From Squalus acanthias (taxonomy: Eukaryota): DNA of 64,000 nucleotides. Shown here in pieces: positions 1-11,378 of the stretch. The stretch lies in assembly GCA_030390025.1 (NCBI GenBank), contig CM059432.1, positions 13,392,001 through 13,456,000 of the forward strand, written 5' to 3'. The notes under the pieces were generated by a model that made no database searches, was not told the DNA's origin, and saw nothing but the letters and a program-made list of their open reading frames with translations. Each line of letters starts with the position of its first letter. The stretch's first letter is position 1. The position numbers and the translations under genes are program-made.

Positions 1-2178
1 AATAGAGAAATGGCAGAGACTCTAAACAATTATTTTGGATTGGTCTTCACGGTAGAAGACACTAAAAACATTTTAATAACAATAGATAATCAAGGGGCTA
101 TAGGGAGGGAGGAACTTAAAACAATCTCTATCACTACAGAAAAAGTACTAGGCAAACTAATGGGGCTAAAGGCCAACAAGTCCCCTGGACCCGATGGCCT
201 GCATCCTAGGGTCTTAAAAGAAGTGGCTGCAGAGATAGTGGATGCATTGGTTGTAATCTACCAAAATTCCCTAGATTCTGGAGAGGATTGGAAAACCGCA
301 AATATAATGCCACTATTCAAGAAAGGAGGGAGACAGAAAGCAGGAAACTATAGGCCAGTTAGCCTAACATCTGTCATTGGGAAAATGCTGGAATCCATTA
401 TTAAGGAGGTAATAGCAGGACATTTAGAAAATCATAAGACAATCAAGCAGAGTCAACATGGTTTTATGAAAGGGAAATCGTGTTTGACAAATTTGCTAGA
501 GTTCTTTGAGGATGTAACAAACAGGGTGGATTAAGGGGAACCAGTAGATGTAGTGTATTTGGATAAGGTGCCACATAAAAAGTTACTGCACAAGATAAGA
601 GCGCACGGGGTTGGGGGTAATATATTGGCATGGATACGGGATTGGCTAACTAACAGAAAACAGAGAGTCGGGATAAATGGGTCATTTTCCGGTTGGCAAT
701 CAGTAACTAGTGGGGTGCCACAGGGATCAGTGCTGGGGCCTCAACTATTTACAATCTATATTAATGACTTGGATGAAACATAGAAACATAGAATCTAGGA
801 GCAGGAGTAGGCCATTCGGCCCGTCGAGCCTGCTCCACCATTCAGTACGATCATGGCTGATCATCCAAATCCAGTACCCTGTCCCTGCTTTAATCCCCAC
901 AGTACACATATCCCACCCTACCCCCATAACCCCACGTATTTAATTCCCCCTAACATATCCCATCCTATCCCCATAACCCCACATATTTAATCCCCCCCTA
1001 ACACTAAGGGTCAATTTATCATAGCCAAATCAACCTAACCCGCACATTTTTGGACTGTGGGAGGAAACCGGAGCACCCGGAGGAAACCCACGCAGACACG
1101 GGGAGAATGTGCAAACTCCACACAGACAGTCACCCGAGGTCAGATTCGAACCCGGGTCCCTGGCGCTGTGAGGCACCAGTGCTAACCACTATGCCACCGT
1201 GTTGCCCGAGGGACCGAGTGTACTGTAGCCAAATTTGCTGATGATACAAAGATAGGTGGGTTAGCAAGTTGTGAGGAGGACACAAAGAGTCTGCAAAGGG
1301 ATATAGATAGGTTAAGTGAGTGGGCAAAAATTTGGCAGATGGAGTATAATGTGGGAAAATGTGAGGTTATCCACTTTGGAAGGAAGAATGAAAAAGCAAA
1401 TTATTATTTAAATGGAGTGAGACTACAAAATGCTGCGGTACAAAGGGACCTGTAGGTCCTAGTACATGAAACACAAAAAGTTAGCATGCAGGTACAGCAA
1501 GTAATTAGGAAGGCTAGTGGAATGTTGGCCAATTGCAAGGGGTACGGAGTATACAAGTAGGGAAGTTTTGATGCAACTTTACAGGGCGCTGGTGAGACCG
1601 CACCTGGAGTACTGCGTACAGTTTTGGTCTCCATATTTAAGGAGGGATATACTTGCATTGGAGGCAGTGCAGAGAAGGTTCACTAGGTTGATTCCTGGAA
1701 TGAAGGGGTTGACGTATGACGAAAGGATGAGCAGGTTGGGCCTATACTCATTGGAGTTTAGAAGAATGAGAGGTGATCTTATTGAAACATATAAGATTCT
1801 GAGGGGGATTGACAGGGTAGATGCTGAGAGGATGTTTCCCCTAGTGGGGGTATCTAGAACTAGGGGGCATAGTTTCAGAATAAGGGGTCGCCCGTTTAAG
1901 ACGGAGATGAGGAGGAATTTCTTCTCTCAGAGGGTCGTGAATCTTTGGAATTCTCTACCCCAGAGAGCTGTGGAGGCGGAGTCATTGAATATATTCAAGG
2001 CGGAGATTGACAGACATTTGAACTACAAGGGAGTCAAGGGGTATGGGGAGAGAGCGGGAAAGTGGTGTTGAGGCCAAGATTGGATCAGCCAGGATCTCAT
2101 TGAATGGCGGAGCAGGCTCGAGGGGCCGATTGGCCTACTCCTGCTGCTGATGTTCTTATGTTTTTATATTCTTATGTT
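1..2178 (+). mobile_element. CR1-clade LINE, 3' part of ORF2 (RT) plus 3' UTR; degenerate and interrupted by a SINE
   Basis: ORF pieces contain [43 protein letters not shown] and LWNSLP. It ends in the CR1 stem-loop tail with (TTCTTATG)-like repeats. Stops and frameshifts are present. Confidence 0.9.
777..1207 (-). mobile_element. tRNA-derived V-SINE (HE1-like) with CR1-type tail
   Basis: The minus strand begins GGGCAACACGGTGGCATAGTGGTTAGCAC (A box) and has GGTTCGAATC (B box). The V-core is GTGTGGAGTTTGCACATTCTCCCCGTGTCTGCGTGGGTTTCCTCCGG, followed by a (TTTCTATG)n tail. It interrupts the CR1 at DLDE|GTEC. Confidence 0.85.
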
Positions 2179-2620
2179 CTTGTGGTGGAGGAAAGAAAAA
2201 AGACAAATCGAGATAACTCATAGTTGGAATGGTGACAAGATAATTCAAAGCTACTTGACACCTCATGCATAACTAATTATATCAGGCACATTAGGCACAC
2301 TGTAAAGTATTGCCACTTAGCACCTTGTTTTCCCAGCCAAATCCATTCCCAGAGGTTACATAACTACGTAACACTTCAAGAGACGAGCATTTTGAAACAC
2401 TGCATTAATTGTACTGTACATTACATTTATAACAAGTGGTTCCATATAAAAGCAGTTCTGTGGGGTTCCTTGTGCTCCTAGAATGTGCATCCTTTACATT
2501 GCAGGTTGGATTCCAGGATACCTGCAGCAGTAGAAAAAACAACTGCAACAGCCATTATCGTGACCTTCATTTCTCGATACAGGACCAGACTTTCCCGGCT
2601 GACAGGAGAGGATCCATTAA

Positions 2621-3070
2621 AAGAGAAAAAAGAAAGACTTGCATTTAGATAGCACTTTTCACGAACACTGGACATCCCAAAGCGCTTTACAGACAATGAA
2701 GTACTTTTTGAAGTGCAGTCACTGTTGTAATGTAGGAAACGCAGCAGCTAATTTGCGCACAGCAAGCTCCCACAAACAGCAATGTGATAATGACCAGATC
2801 ATCTGTTTTAGTGATGTTGATTGAGGGATAAATATTGGTTAGGTCACCAGGGATAACTCCCCCTGCTCTTCGACATAGTGCCATGGGATCTTTTACAACC
2901 ACCTGAGAGAGCAGGCGGGGCCTCAGTTTAACGTCTGACAGCACGTCCAACAGTGCAGCACTCCCTCAGCACTGCACTGGAGTGTCAGCCTAGATTTTTG
3001 TGCTCAAGTCCCTGGAGTGGGACTGCGAACCCACAACCTCCTGTCCCAGAGGCGAGGGTGCTACCCACAT
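2621..3070 (-). mobile_element. Deu-domain SINE (SacSINE1/AmnSINE1-like)
   Basis: The minus strand has a tRNA-like head, then GGAGTGCTGCACTG...GTAAAAGATCCCATGGCAC...TATTTATCCCTCAA (Deu core, recalled), and an L2-like tail ending (TTTC)n. Paralogues lie at 26551-27016 and 54879-55180. Confidence 0.75.
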
Positions 3071-3299
3071 TATTGACAGCTGTAATTCTGGCCATCTCAG
3101 TAAATGTGCTACATAGATCCACGCACATCCTACAGGTCACTTGTTCTACCTGGAGCCTGGGCTTTGAGCTTGTTTCTCGAATGGTAGCTCAACGTGCATC
3201 CGAAAAACTGGATGGCCCAAGTAATTTCCTGTCATCCGAGTCTGGGTTTTTGCATTAGTGCTCTCTCAAGTTCAAAAGTGGTCAGATCTGCTGCAGCAT

Positions 3300-4182
3300 G
3301 CCACTTACCTTCGGGCTTAGAGGGTTAAAGTATGAGGGCAGGTTGCATGAACCTGGCTTGTATTCCCTTGAGTATAGGAGATTGAGGGGTGATCTGATCT
3401 CGGTGTTTAAAATGTTACAAGGGTTTGATAGGACAGATAGAGAGAAACTATTTGCTCTGGTGGGGGGGATCAAGAACAAGGGGACATGATCTTAAAATGA
3501 GAGCTCGGCCACTCAGGAGCAAAAACAGGAAACACTTTTTCATGCAAAGGGTGGTAGAAATTTAGGACACTCTCCCCTAAAAGGCTGTGGATACTAAGTC
3601 AATTCAGTTTTCAAGACTGAGATAAATATATTTTTACAGGAAACTTTCGTTTATCCGGCATCGACGGGACCGGCGTGGTGCCGGTTTATCGAAAGTACTG
3701 GATAACGGAGAGTTATATCTACCGAGGCTATTTTTAACAAAGAGACTCCAGGCAGCGCGGGAGAATCAACTCCTGCTACTGCAGTGTTTCGGACTTCCGA
3801 CAGCGCCAGGAGGCCGAGTAGTGGCACTTTTGAAGAGTACCCCTACTGACTAAATCGGCGTTCGCGGACTCGGACTCGGACTCGGGATCGGCAACATTGC
3901 CGGTTATTTGAGAGGAGTTTTCGGAGCACTCGGCGTTCGCGGAGACTCGGCTGCGACTCGGCAACATTGCCGGTTATGTGAGAGGAGTTTTCGGAGGATG
4001 ATTTTTGCCGGTTAAGCGAGAATTCCGGATATTTGGGTGCCGGATAAACGAAAGTTTCCTGTATTAGGTAAGCGATATGGAGCAAAGGCAGATCAACAAA
4101 GTTGAGGCGCAGATCAGTCATGATCTAACTGAATGGTGGGACAGGCTCGGGGGGCTGAATGGCCTACTCTTGTTCCTAATGT
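3300..4182 (+). mobile_element. Degenerate CR1 3' fragment, host of a Tc1/mariner MITE
   Basis: Contains GLYSLEYRRLRGDLI and the CR1 3' stem-loop (GGGGCTGAATGGCCTACTC). Confidence 0.8.
3637..4061. mobile_element. Tc1/mariner (pogo/Tigger-type) MITE
   Basis: Perfect 24-bp TIRs (CAGGAAACTTTCGTTTATCCGGCA and TGCCGGATAAACGAAAGTTTCCTG) are flanked by TA on both sides. There is an internal ~70-bp tandem duplication. Confidence 0.9.
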
Positions 4183-5256
4183 ACCCACCAGTCACTCAGC
4201 TACTTCTGCTACTTCGCCCAAATCGTTTTTGCGCAATATAGGAGAGCAAGAGCTCAGTCTGCTTGTGGCCACGAGAAATGGCAGTTGTGGGTGGGTGGCC
4301 TACACCACCGGGCAGAATGGTTTATGTTATTGTAGCAGTTTTACTGCCTCTGACACAGCGGAGAAACAAAAAGCCGCTCTCTAGGTAGTTTTTTTATCAC
4401 CGCTGGAGGCAGCAGTGCCATCTCATTTATCAGAAGAAATTGCAACACGGAAACAGATCGTTTGGCCCAACCAGTCTGTGTTGTTTCTCCTTCAAGCAAG
4501 TATTCATCCTAATCTCATTTGCCTGTCCTGTTACCAAATCCGTTTCCCCGCCCTATCCTTTATCCACTTATCTAACCAATTGTTAAATGTTGGGCATGGT
4601 CTTGCTTCAAGCACTACCCATTCCACAAACGCACAACCCTCTGTTAAAAAGGTTTCTCGTGCATCCCTGATTATAATCGCTCAACCATTGGTGGCTGTGC
4701 CTCCTGTTGCCTCGGGCCCTAAGCTCTGGAATTCCCTGCCAAAACCTCTGCGCCTCTCTACCTCTCTTTCCTCCTTTAAGACGCTCCTTAAAACCTACCT
4801 CTTTGACCAAGCTTTTGGTCACCTGCCCTAATTTCTCCTTATATGGCTCAGTGTCAAATGCTTTTGTCTTATAATATTCCTGTGAAGCACTTTGGGATGT
4901 TTTACTACATTAAAGGCGCTATATAAATACAAGTTGTTGTTGTTGTTGTTGTTGTTGTTACCCACCAAGCCATCAGAAGTATCCTCCCCGTTAGAATGTT
5001 CTTATATTTAACAATTTCTTTCCTACATTTCCTTGCTGGTTTGCCACTACACACATTTTTCTGGGTCAATGAGGTAGGTTTTAAGGAGCATCTTAAAGGA
5101 GGAGAGAGAGGTAGCGAGGCGGAGAGGTTTAGTGAAGGAATTCCAGAGCTTAGGGCCGAGGAAGCTGAAGGCACATAGAAACATAGAAGATAGGAGCAGG
5201 AGTAGGCCATTCGGTCCCTCGAGCTATTTAATGAGATCATGGCTGATCATCCAAAT

Positions 5257-6153
5257 TCAGTACCCTGTCCCTGCTTTCTCCCCATATCCCTTGATCCCTT
5301 TAGCCTTAAGAAATATATCTAACTCCTTCTTGAATATATTTAATGATTTGGCCTCAACTGCCTTCTGTGGTAGAGAATTCCACAGGTTCACCACTCTCTG
5401 GGTGAAGAAATTCCTCCTCCTCTCAGTCCTAAATGGCTTACCCCTTATCCTTAGACTGTGACCCCTGGTTCTGGACTCCCCCGCCATCAGGAACATCCTT
5501 CCTGCATCTAGTCTGTCTAGTCCTGTTAGAATTTTATAAGTTTCAATGAGATCCCCTCTCATTCTTCTAAACTCTAGCGAATATAAGCCTAATCGACCCA
5601 ATCTCTCTTCATACGTCATTCCTGCCATCCCAGGTATCAGTCTGGTGAATCTTCGCTGCACTCCCTCCATGGCAAGAACATCCTTCCTCAGATAAGGCGA
5701 CCAAAACTGCACACAATACTCAAGGTGTGGTCTCACCAAGGCCCTGTACAACTGCAGCAAGACATCCTTGCTCCTGTACTCGGATCCTCTCGCTATGAAG
5801 GCCAACATACCATTTGCCTTCTTAACCGCCTGCTGCACCTGCATGCTTATCTTCAGCGACTGGTGCACAAGGACACTCAGGTCTTGTTGCACTTTCCCTT
5901 TTCCCAATCTATTGCTGTTCAGATAATAATCTGTCTTCCTGTTTTTGCCACCAAAGTGGATAATCTCGCATTTATCCACATTATACTGCATCTGCCATGC
6001 ATCTGCCCAATCACCCAACCTGTCAAAATCATACTGGAGTTTCTCTGCATCCTCCTCACAGTTTACATCTATTTGCGCAGCTAATTCATCCACCTTATTA
6101 CGAATGCTCCTCGCATTAAGACACAAAGCCTTCAGGCTTGTTTTTTTTAACAC
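5257..6153 (-). pseudogene. CR1 ORF2 in-frame deletion product (first ~30 aa of endonuclease fused to the RT C-terminal region)
   Basis: LKALCLNARSIRNKVDELAAQIDVN joins directly to CEEDAEKLQ...WQMQYNVDKC. The EN core and the FADD motif are missing. Confidence 0.85.
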
Positions 6154-6312
6154 TCTTAGTCCTTTTAGAATTATTATTTACTGTAGCCCTGTTTGATTTA
6201 CACTCTTGATTTCTCTGCCTTCCACTTTTGCTTTTCTCCTTCCTATCTTTTTTTTCTATCCTTGCTTCCCTTTCCTCTGTCTCCCTGCACAAGTTCCCAA
6301 CCCGCTGCCATT

Positions 6313-7263
6313 TTAGTTTAAACCCTCCCCAACAGAACTAGCAAACACTCCCCCTAGGACATCAGTCCCGGTCCTGCCCAGGTGCAAACCGTCCAGTTTG
6401 TATTGGTCCCAACTCCCCCAGAACCGGTTCCAATGTCCCAGGAATTTGAATGCCTCCCCCTTGCACCATTCCTCTAGCCACGTATTCATCTGAAATATCC
6501 TTCTATTTCTACTCTGACTAGCACGTGGCACTGGTAGCAATCCTGAGATTACTACCTTTGAGGTCCTATTTTTTAATTTACCTCCTAACTCCCTAGATTC
6601 AGCTTTTAGGACCTCATCCCGTTTTTTACCTACATCGTTGGTACCTATATGCACCACGACAACTGGCTGTTCACCCTCCCCCTCCAGAATGCCCTGCAGC
6701 CGCCCCGAGACATCCTTGACCCTTGCACCAGGGAGGCAACATACCATCCTGGAGTCTCGTTTGCGGCCGCAGAAACGCCTATCTATTCCCCTTACAATAG
6801 AATCCCCTATCACTATAGCTCTCCCGCTCTTTTTCCTCCCGTCCTGTGCAGCAGAACCACCCATGGTGCCAGGAAGTTGGCTGCTGCTGCCTTCCCCCGA
6901 TAAGCCATCTCTCCCAACAATATCCAGAGCGGTATATCTGTTTGAGAGGAGGATGGCCACAGGGGACCCCTGCACTCCCTGCCTGCGCCTACTACTCTGC
7001 CTGGCGGTCACCCATTCCCTTCCTGCCTGTGCAGCCTTTACCTGCGGTGTGACCAACTCATCAAACGTGCTATCCACGACGTCCTCAGCATCGCGAATGC
7101 TCCAGTATGTATGCATTCGCAGCTCCAGCGCCGCAATGCGGTCTGCCAGTAGCTGCAGCTGGATACACTTCCCGCACACATGGTCGTCAGGGACACAGGA
7201 AGTGTCCCTGATTTCCCACATAGTGCAGGAGGAGCATGTCACGGGGCCGAGCTGTGCTGCCAT
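6313..7263 (-). CDS. CR1 ORF1p (zinc finger, coiled coil and SGNH esterase-like domain), open 316 aa
   Basis: CSSC...CGKC, a leucine-rich heptads segment, and the GDSIVR, HIGTND and DGLH esterase blocks. Confidence 0.85.
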   Translation of the reverse strand: MAAQLGPVTCSSCTMWEIRDTSCVPDDHVCGKCIQLQLLADRIAALELRMHTYWSIRDAEDVVDSTFDELVTPQVKAAQAGREWVTARQSSRRRQGVQGSPVAILLSNRYTALDIVGRDGLSGEGSSSQLPGTMGGSAAQDGRKKSGRAIVIGDSIVRGIDRRFCGRKRDSRMVCCLPGARVKDVSGRLQGILEGEGEQPVVVVHIGTNDVGKKRDEVLKAESRELGGKLKNRTSKVVISGLLPVPRASQSRNRRIFQMNTWLEEWCKGEAFKFLGHWNRFWGSWDQYKLDGLHLGRTGTDVLGGVFASSVGEGLN

Positions 7264-7415
7264 GACTTACCCTTTAATTAATTTAAATTAAATTAAATCA
7301 AACCAATACCACTAATTACACTACAATTTAATGCTATACTCAAGGGCCCTTGTTTACTAGCACTCCCCGCTACACAACAGAGACGTTAGAAACTATAACC
7401 ACAAAAATTAAGACC

Positions 7416-7663
7416 TCACAGAATCACAGAATCCCCACAGTGCAGATAGAGGCCATTTCGGCCCATCGAGCCTGCACCGACACATATCCCATCCTATCCC
7501 CGTAACCCCATGTATTTAATCCCCCTAACACTAAGGGTCAATTTATCATAGCCAAATCAACCTAATCCACACATCTTTGGACTGTAGGAGGAAACCGGAT
7601 CACCCGAAGGAAACCCACGCTGACACGGGGAGAATGTGCAAACTCCACACAGACAGTCACCCG
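7416..7663 (-). mobile_element. 5'-truncated HE1-like V-SINE inside the CR1 5' UTR
   Basis: V-core plus (GATTCTGT)n tail; matches 22888-23191. Confidence 0.8.
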
Positions 7664-8427
7664 GTGCCTACTAAACTTTATAAAATTTAACCTTAACTGT
7701 CAAACTATAGAGAAGTATAAGTACTCACCCAATCAGCACGGACGCCAATGGTGGAGTGATTAAAATCGGGAATGCTCAAGAGGCCAGAATTAGAGCAATG
7801 TTCCCTCTTTTTTTTTGGTGCACAGTCCTTTTAAGTGGCTGCGTGGCCGATTAAAATTTTCTCGCCTGCACGATTTCTCCCATGTAAAAGCCTTATGCGG
7901 CTCGGTGTCAAATTTTTTGTCTTATAATACTCCTGTGCAGGCGCCTTGGGATGTTTTACTACGTTAAAGGTGCTATATAAATACAAGTTGTTGTTGTTGT
8001 TGTGCTCTCTGTCTTAAATGTCTGACAATTAACTTTATAATCTATGTCCCCCTCATTCTAGACACCACTGCAAACAGTTTGTTTATATCTGCTCTGTCCC
8101 ACCCCTTTCATAACTTTAAACACTTCGATCAAATCACCCTGTCATCTCCTCTGCCCAACAAAAAAAGAGCCTCAGTTTTTCTGGTCTTTCTTTTCTTTCT
8201 GGATGGGTTGCTGTTTGTGGAGGATCGAGCTCAGGAGACCAGCATTGTCCAGTTGCCTGCCAGTAATCACCAATACAGTAGGGGAGGGAGGTTGGCATCA
8301 AAGCTGAACTTGTCCTTTCCCTCACCCGATGTGCACGCATCACCTGCAAATTTTCAGTCAGGGTGACTTTTCTTCCTACTGGCCTTCATATGATTTATAG
8401 TTTCCCTCCAGTATCCCATTCTCTATA

Positions 8428-9020
8428 GTCTTCTTCTTCTTAGGCAGTCCCTCGGAACCGAGGATGACTTGCTTTCACACTAAAAATGAGTTCTCAGGTG
8501 ACTGATGAGTCCAATGTGGGACCTACAGTCTCTGTCACAGGTGGGGCAGACGGTGGTTGAAGGGGCGGGTGGGTGGGGTGCTTGGGTTGACGTGCGCTCC
8601 TTCCGCAGCCTGCGCTTGGCTTCCGCTTGCTCCCGGCGAAGAGACTCGAGGTGTTTGGCGCCTTCCCGGATGCTTCTTCTCCACTTTGTGTGGTCTTGGG
8701 CCAGGGATTCCCAGGTGTCGGTGGGGATGTTGCACTTTTTCAAGGAGGCTTTGAGGGTATCCTTGAAGAGTTCCCTCTGCCCACTTGGGGCTCTCTTGCC
8801 GTGTCGGAGCTCCGAGTAGAGCGCTTGTTTTAGGAGTCTTGTATCAGGCATGCAGACGATGTGGCCCGTCCATCGGAGCTGATCGAGCGTGGTCAAAGCT
8901 TCGATGCTGGGGATGTTGGCCTGATGTCAGTGAGAACACTGACGTTGGTGCGCCTATCCTGCCAATGGATTTGCAGGATCTTGCAGAGGCAGCGTTGGTG
9001 GTACCTCTCCAGTGCTACAC
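8428..9020 (-). mobile_element. RTE-clade LINE 3' fragment
   Basis: Reads QLRWTGHIVCMPDTRLLKQALYSEL...KDTLKASLKKC...CPTCDRDCRSHIGLISHLRTH, with a (GAA)n tail. Confidence 0.8.
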
Positions 9021-9242
9021 TTGAGAGAGAGAGAAAACAACATTAAATTCCAACACCAGCAAATCACACTGTTAGCCAAATAAGTCAGACAGAACAGTGG
9101 GCAGGCCAAGGGATTTCTTTTGGACAAAATCCAGTAAGTACATCAGGTGTCAGTCTGACAACCACAACAACCTGTATTACTGTAGTGCTCCTCATGTGCA
9201 GGAAAACATCTCAGAGCATTTTATATTAAAGAAAAAAAATAA

Positions 9243-9745
9243 AGGAGTTCAGCGAAGATTCACAAGGCTGATACCTGGGATGGCAGGAATGACATATGAG
9301 GAGAGATTGGGTCGATTGGGCTTATACTCGCTGGAGTATAGAAGAATGAGAGGGGATCTCATTGAAACTTATAAAATTCTGACAGGACAGGATAAACTAG
9401 ATGCAGGAAGAATGTTCCCGATGGACGGAGAGTCCAGAACCAGGGGTCATAATCTACGGATAACGGGTAAACCATTTAGGACAGAAATGAGGAAGAATTT
9501 CTTCACCCAGAGAGTGGTGAACCTGTGGAATTCTCTACCACAGAAGGTAGTTGAGGCGAAGTCATTAAATATATTCAAGGATGAGTTAGATATATTTCTT
9601 AAAGCTAAAGGTATCAAGGGATATAGGGAGAAGGCAGGTACAGGGTACTGAGTTTGGATGATCAGCCATGATCTCATCGAATGGTGGAGCAGGCTCGAGG
9701 GGCCGAATGGCCTACTCCTGCTCCTATCTTCTATGTTTCTATATG
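9243..9745 (+). mobile_element. CR1 3' fragment
   Basis: GVQRRFTRLIPG...LWNSLPQ...GTGY* plus tail. Same family as 5175-7735. Confidence 0.9.
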
Positions 9746-9898
9746 TAACCAGAGACAGGGATGTGAGGCATAGTTTTTTTTTGCTCGCTGTATACCTGTG
9801 CAACCAACCGCCATCCCATGAATCGCACATGATGTTCTAACACTTGCCAAGGCTCTTTACTAGTAGCCATATGTGATCATGTTTATGCTTTCACTGCT

Positions 9899-9918
9899 GG
9901 ACCACTAGATGGGGGCAT
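9899..9918 (+). promoter_or_regulatory. Candidate CTCF-binding motif
   Basis: GGACCACTAGATGGGGGCA resembles the CTCF core CCACYAGRKGGCRS and lies outside recognised repeats. This is a motif match only. Confidence 0.35.
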
Positions 9919-10484
9919 ATCACCATGAGGAAGAAACTTGCAATGTATGTTAAGTTGAAGATGGAACTGCTTATAACAGCATATGAATTAGGAGCAGGAG
10001 TAGGCCATATGGTCCGTCGAGCCTGCTCCGCCATCATGGCTGAACTTCTACCTCAACTCCACTTTCCCGCCCAATCACGAGATCCCTTGATTCCCTTAGT
10101 GTCCAAAAATCTATTGATCTCAGTCTTGTGTATACTCAACGACTGAGCCTCCACAGCCCTCTGGGGTAGAAAATTCCAAAGATTCACAACCCTTGGAGAG
10201 GAATTTTCCAGATTTTTTTTCTCCAAATTGGCCTGGGTTTTTACCTGGTTTTTCGCTTTTCCCGGGAGATCACATGGTTTTTGTGCGCGACAGAGACTGA
10301 ATATATCATGATACACAAGTTATCGCAATTGGGTGGGACAGGCTGAATGGGCCAGAGGTTCTTTTACTGTCCGTCATAGTTCGTATGCTCAAATTTCTGA
10401 ACAATCGCCTGCCTCTGCCACTGCCTCAGCCCATCATGCCTTTGTTACCTACAGATGTCACAGCGGCCACAGACATGAGTCATA

Positions 10485-11378
10485 GAGGGAAAAATTCAGT
10501 TGCTTTGCACCTCCCGTTAGTGCCCTAAGAGGGTGCTAATGGGGCGCAAAGCAACTAGCACCCGGGCATGGCAATGTTTGCGCCGCTCGCAAAATTGACC
10601 AGACATTTTGCGGCAGCGCTAAACACTACAGCCATGATCTCCTGCGCCCACAGATCGTGACATCAATCGAGCGTGCAACGCCCCGGTAGCGCCCCGGACC
10701 GGATATTGAGTGGTGCCCCCTGCTTTACCGCCTGCCGCTAGCAATGACAGGTTGAGGGGAGCGTTTTGCAGTCGGGAAGGGACTGGGGGAGTGCTATTTA
10801 AAGGCGACCGCTTCCTGCCTTTTTTTATCGGCAACATTTTTGCACCACGCATTCTGAAAGAGAGAGAGAGAAACTTCTGGAGAGATTCAACACTGTGTGA
10901 AGGAGTTTTGGGTACTGAGCAGCACTTTGCAGGTTCATTTTGATTTGACCTTCCTTGCATTGATTTAAAAGAGACTATGGGGGCTGCACTCTGAGCTCTT
11001 TCCCTGGGCCTCTCCATTGTTCTTTCCAGCAGATTTGATGTACAGGTCTCTCCAGGCCGAGATTCAAGGCTGCAATGAGTAGGGTGTGGATGGAGAGCAA
11101 GGTCAACCCTCCCCTTTAAGAATTGGCCGGCGCCAGTGTGCCTGTGTTCCATTGCTGACTGACATCACCTGAGCTTCACCAGCGCTCTGAGTTAGCGCCT
11201 CGCTCCTCAGCATTAGCGCCTTAAGAGAGGTGTGTAGTGCCTGATTTAGCGCTCCAATCACCTCCAGGGGTGATAGTAGCCTAGTTTGCAGTCGGAGGCG
11301 ATAATTAGCGCCAGGCGCTAAACTTTGCGCCTGGCCGATAATTGCGCCCCAAACGGGGCGATACCGAATTTCTCCCCC
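10485..11378. mobile_element. Non-autonomous DNA transposon, PIF/Harbinger-like (family B)
   Basis: Ends are GAGGGAAAAATTCAGT and ACCGAATTTCTCCCCC, with ATA on both flanks. A second, left-truncated copy lies at 25092-25658. Confidence 0.7.

Larger units (their letters stand above)
5175..7735 (-). mobile_element. CR1 LINE with ORF1 and internally deleted ORF2
   Basis: GCAC flanks both ends (5171-5174 and 7736-7739). It contains ORF1, a shortened ORF2 and a (TTTCTATG) tail. Confidence 0.9.
4661..8001. repeat. Composite L2/unique/MITE segment duplicated with 30247-30878, later interrupted by a CR1 (5175-7735)
   Basis: Segments 4661-5174 and 7736-7889 are colinear with 30247-30878, including the spacer acccaccaagccatcagaag...cacacatttttctgggtc. 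A second L2 tail (7890-8001) closes the unit. Confidence 0.8.

Noticed and set aside
1130..1207. tRNA gene-like A and B boxes (also 22888-22955 and 26950-27016)
   Set aside because: These are SINE heads attached to V or Deu cores, not complete tRNA genes.
3855..3996. CRISPR-like repeat array
   Set aside because: It is only two tandem units inside a MITE, with no unique spacers, in a eukaryotic context.
10619..11152. 177-aa ORF with a paralogue at 25035-25433
   Set aside because: It lies within a non-autonomous transposon and has no transposase motif. The similarity simply reflects repeat copies.
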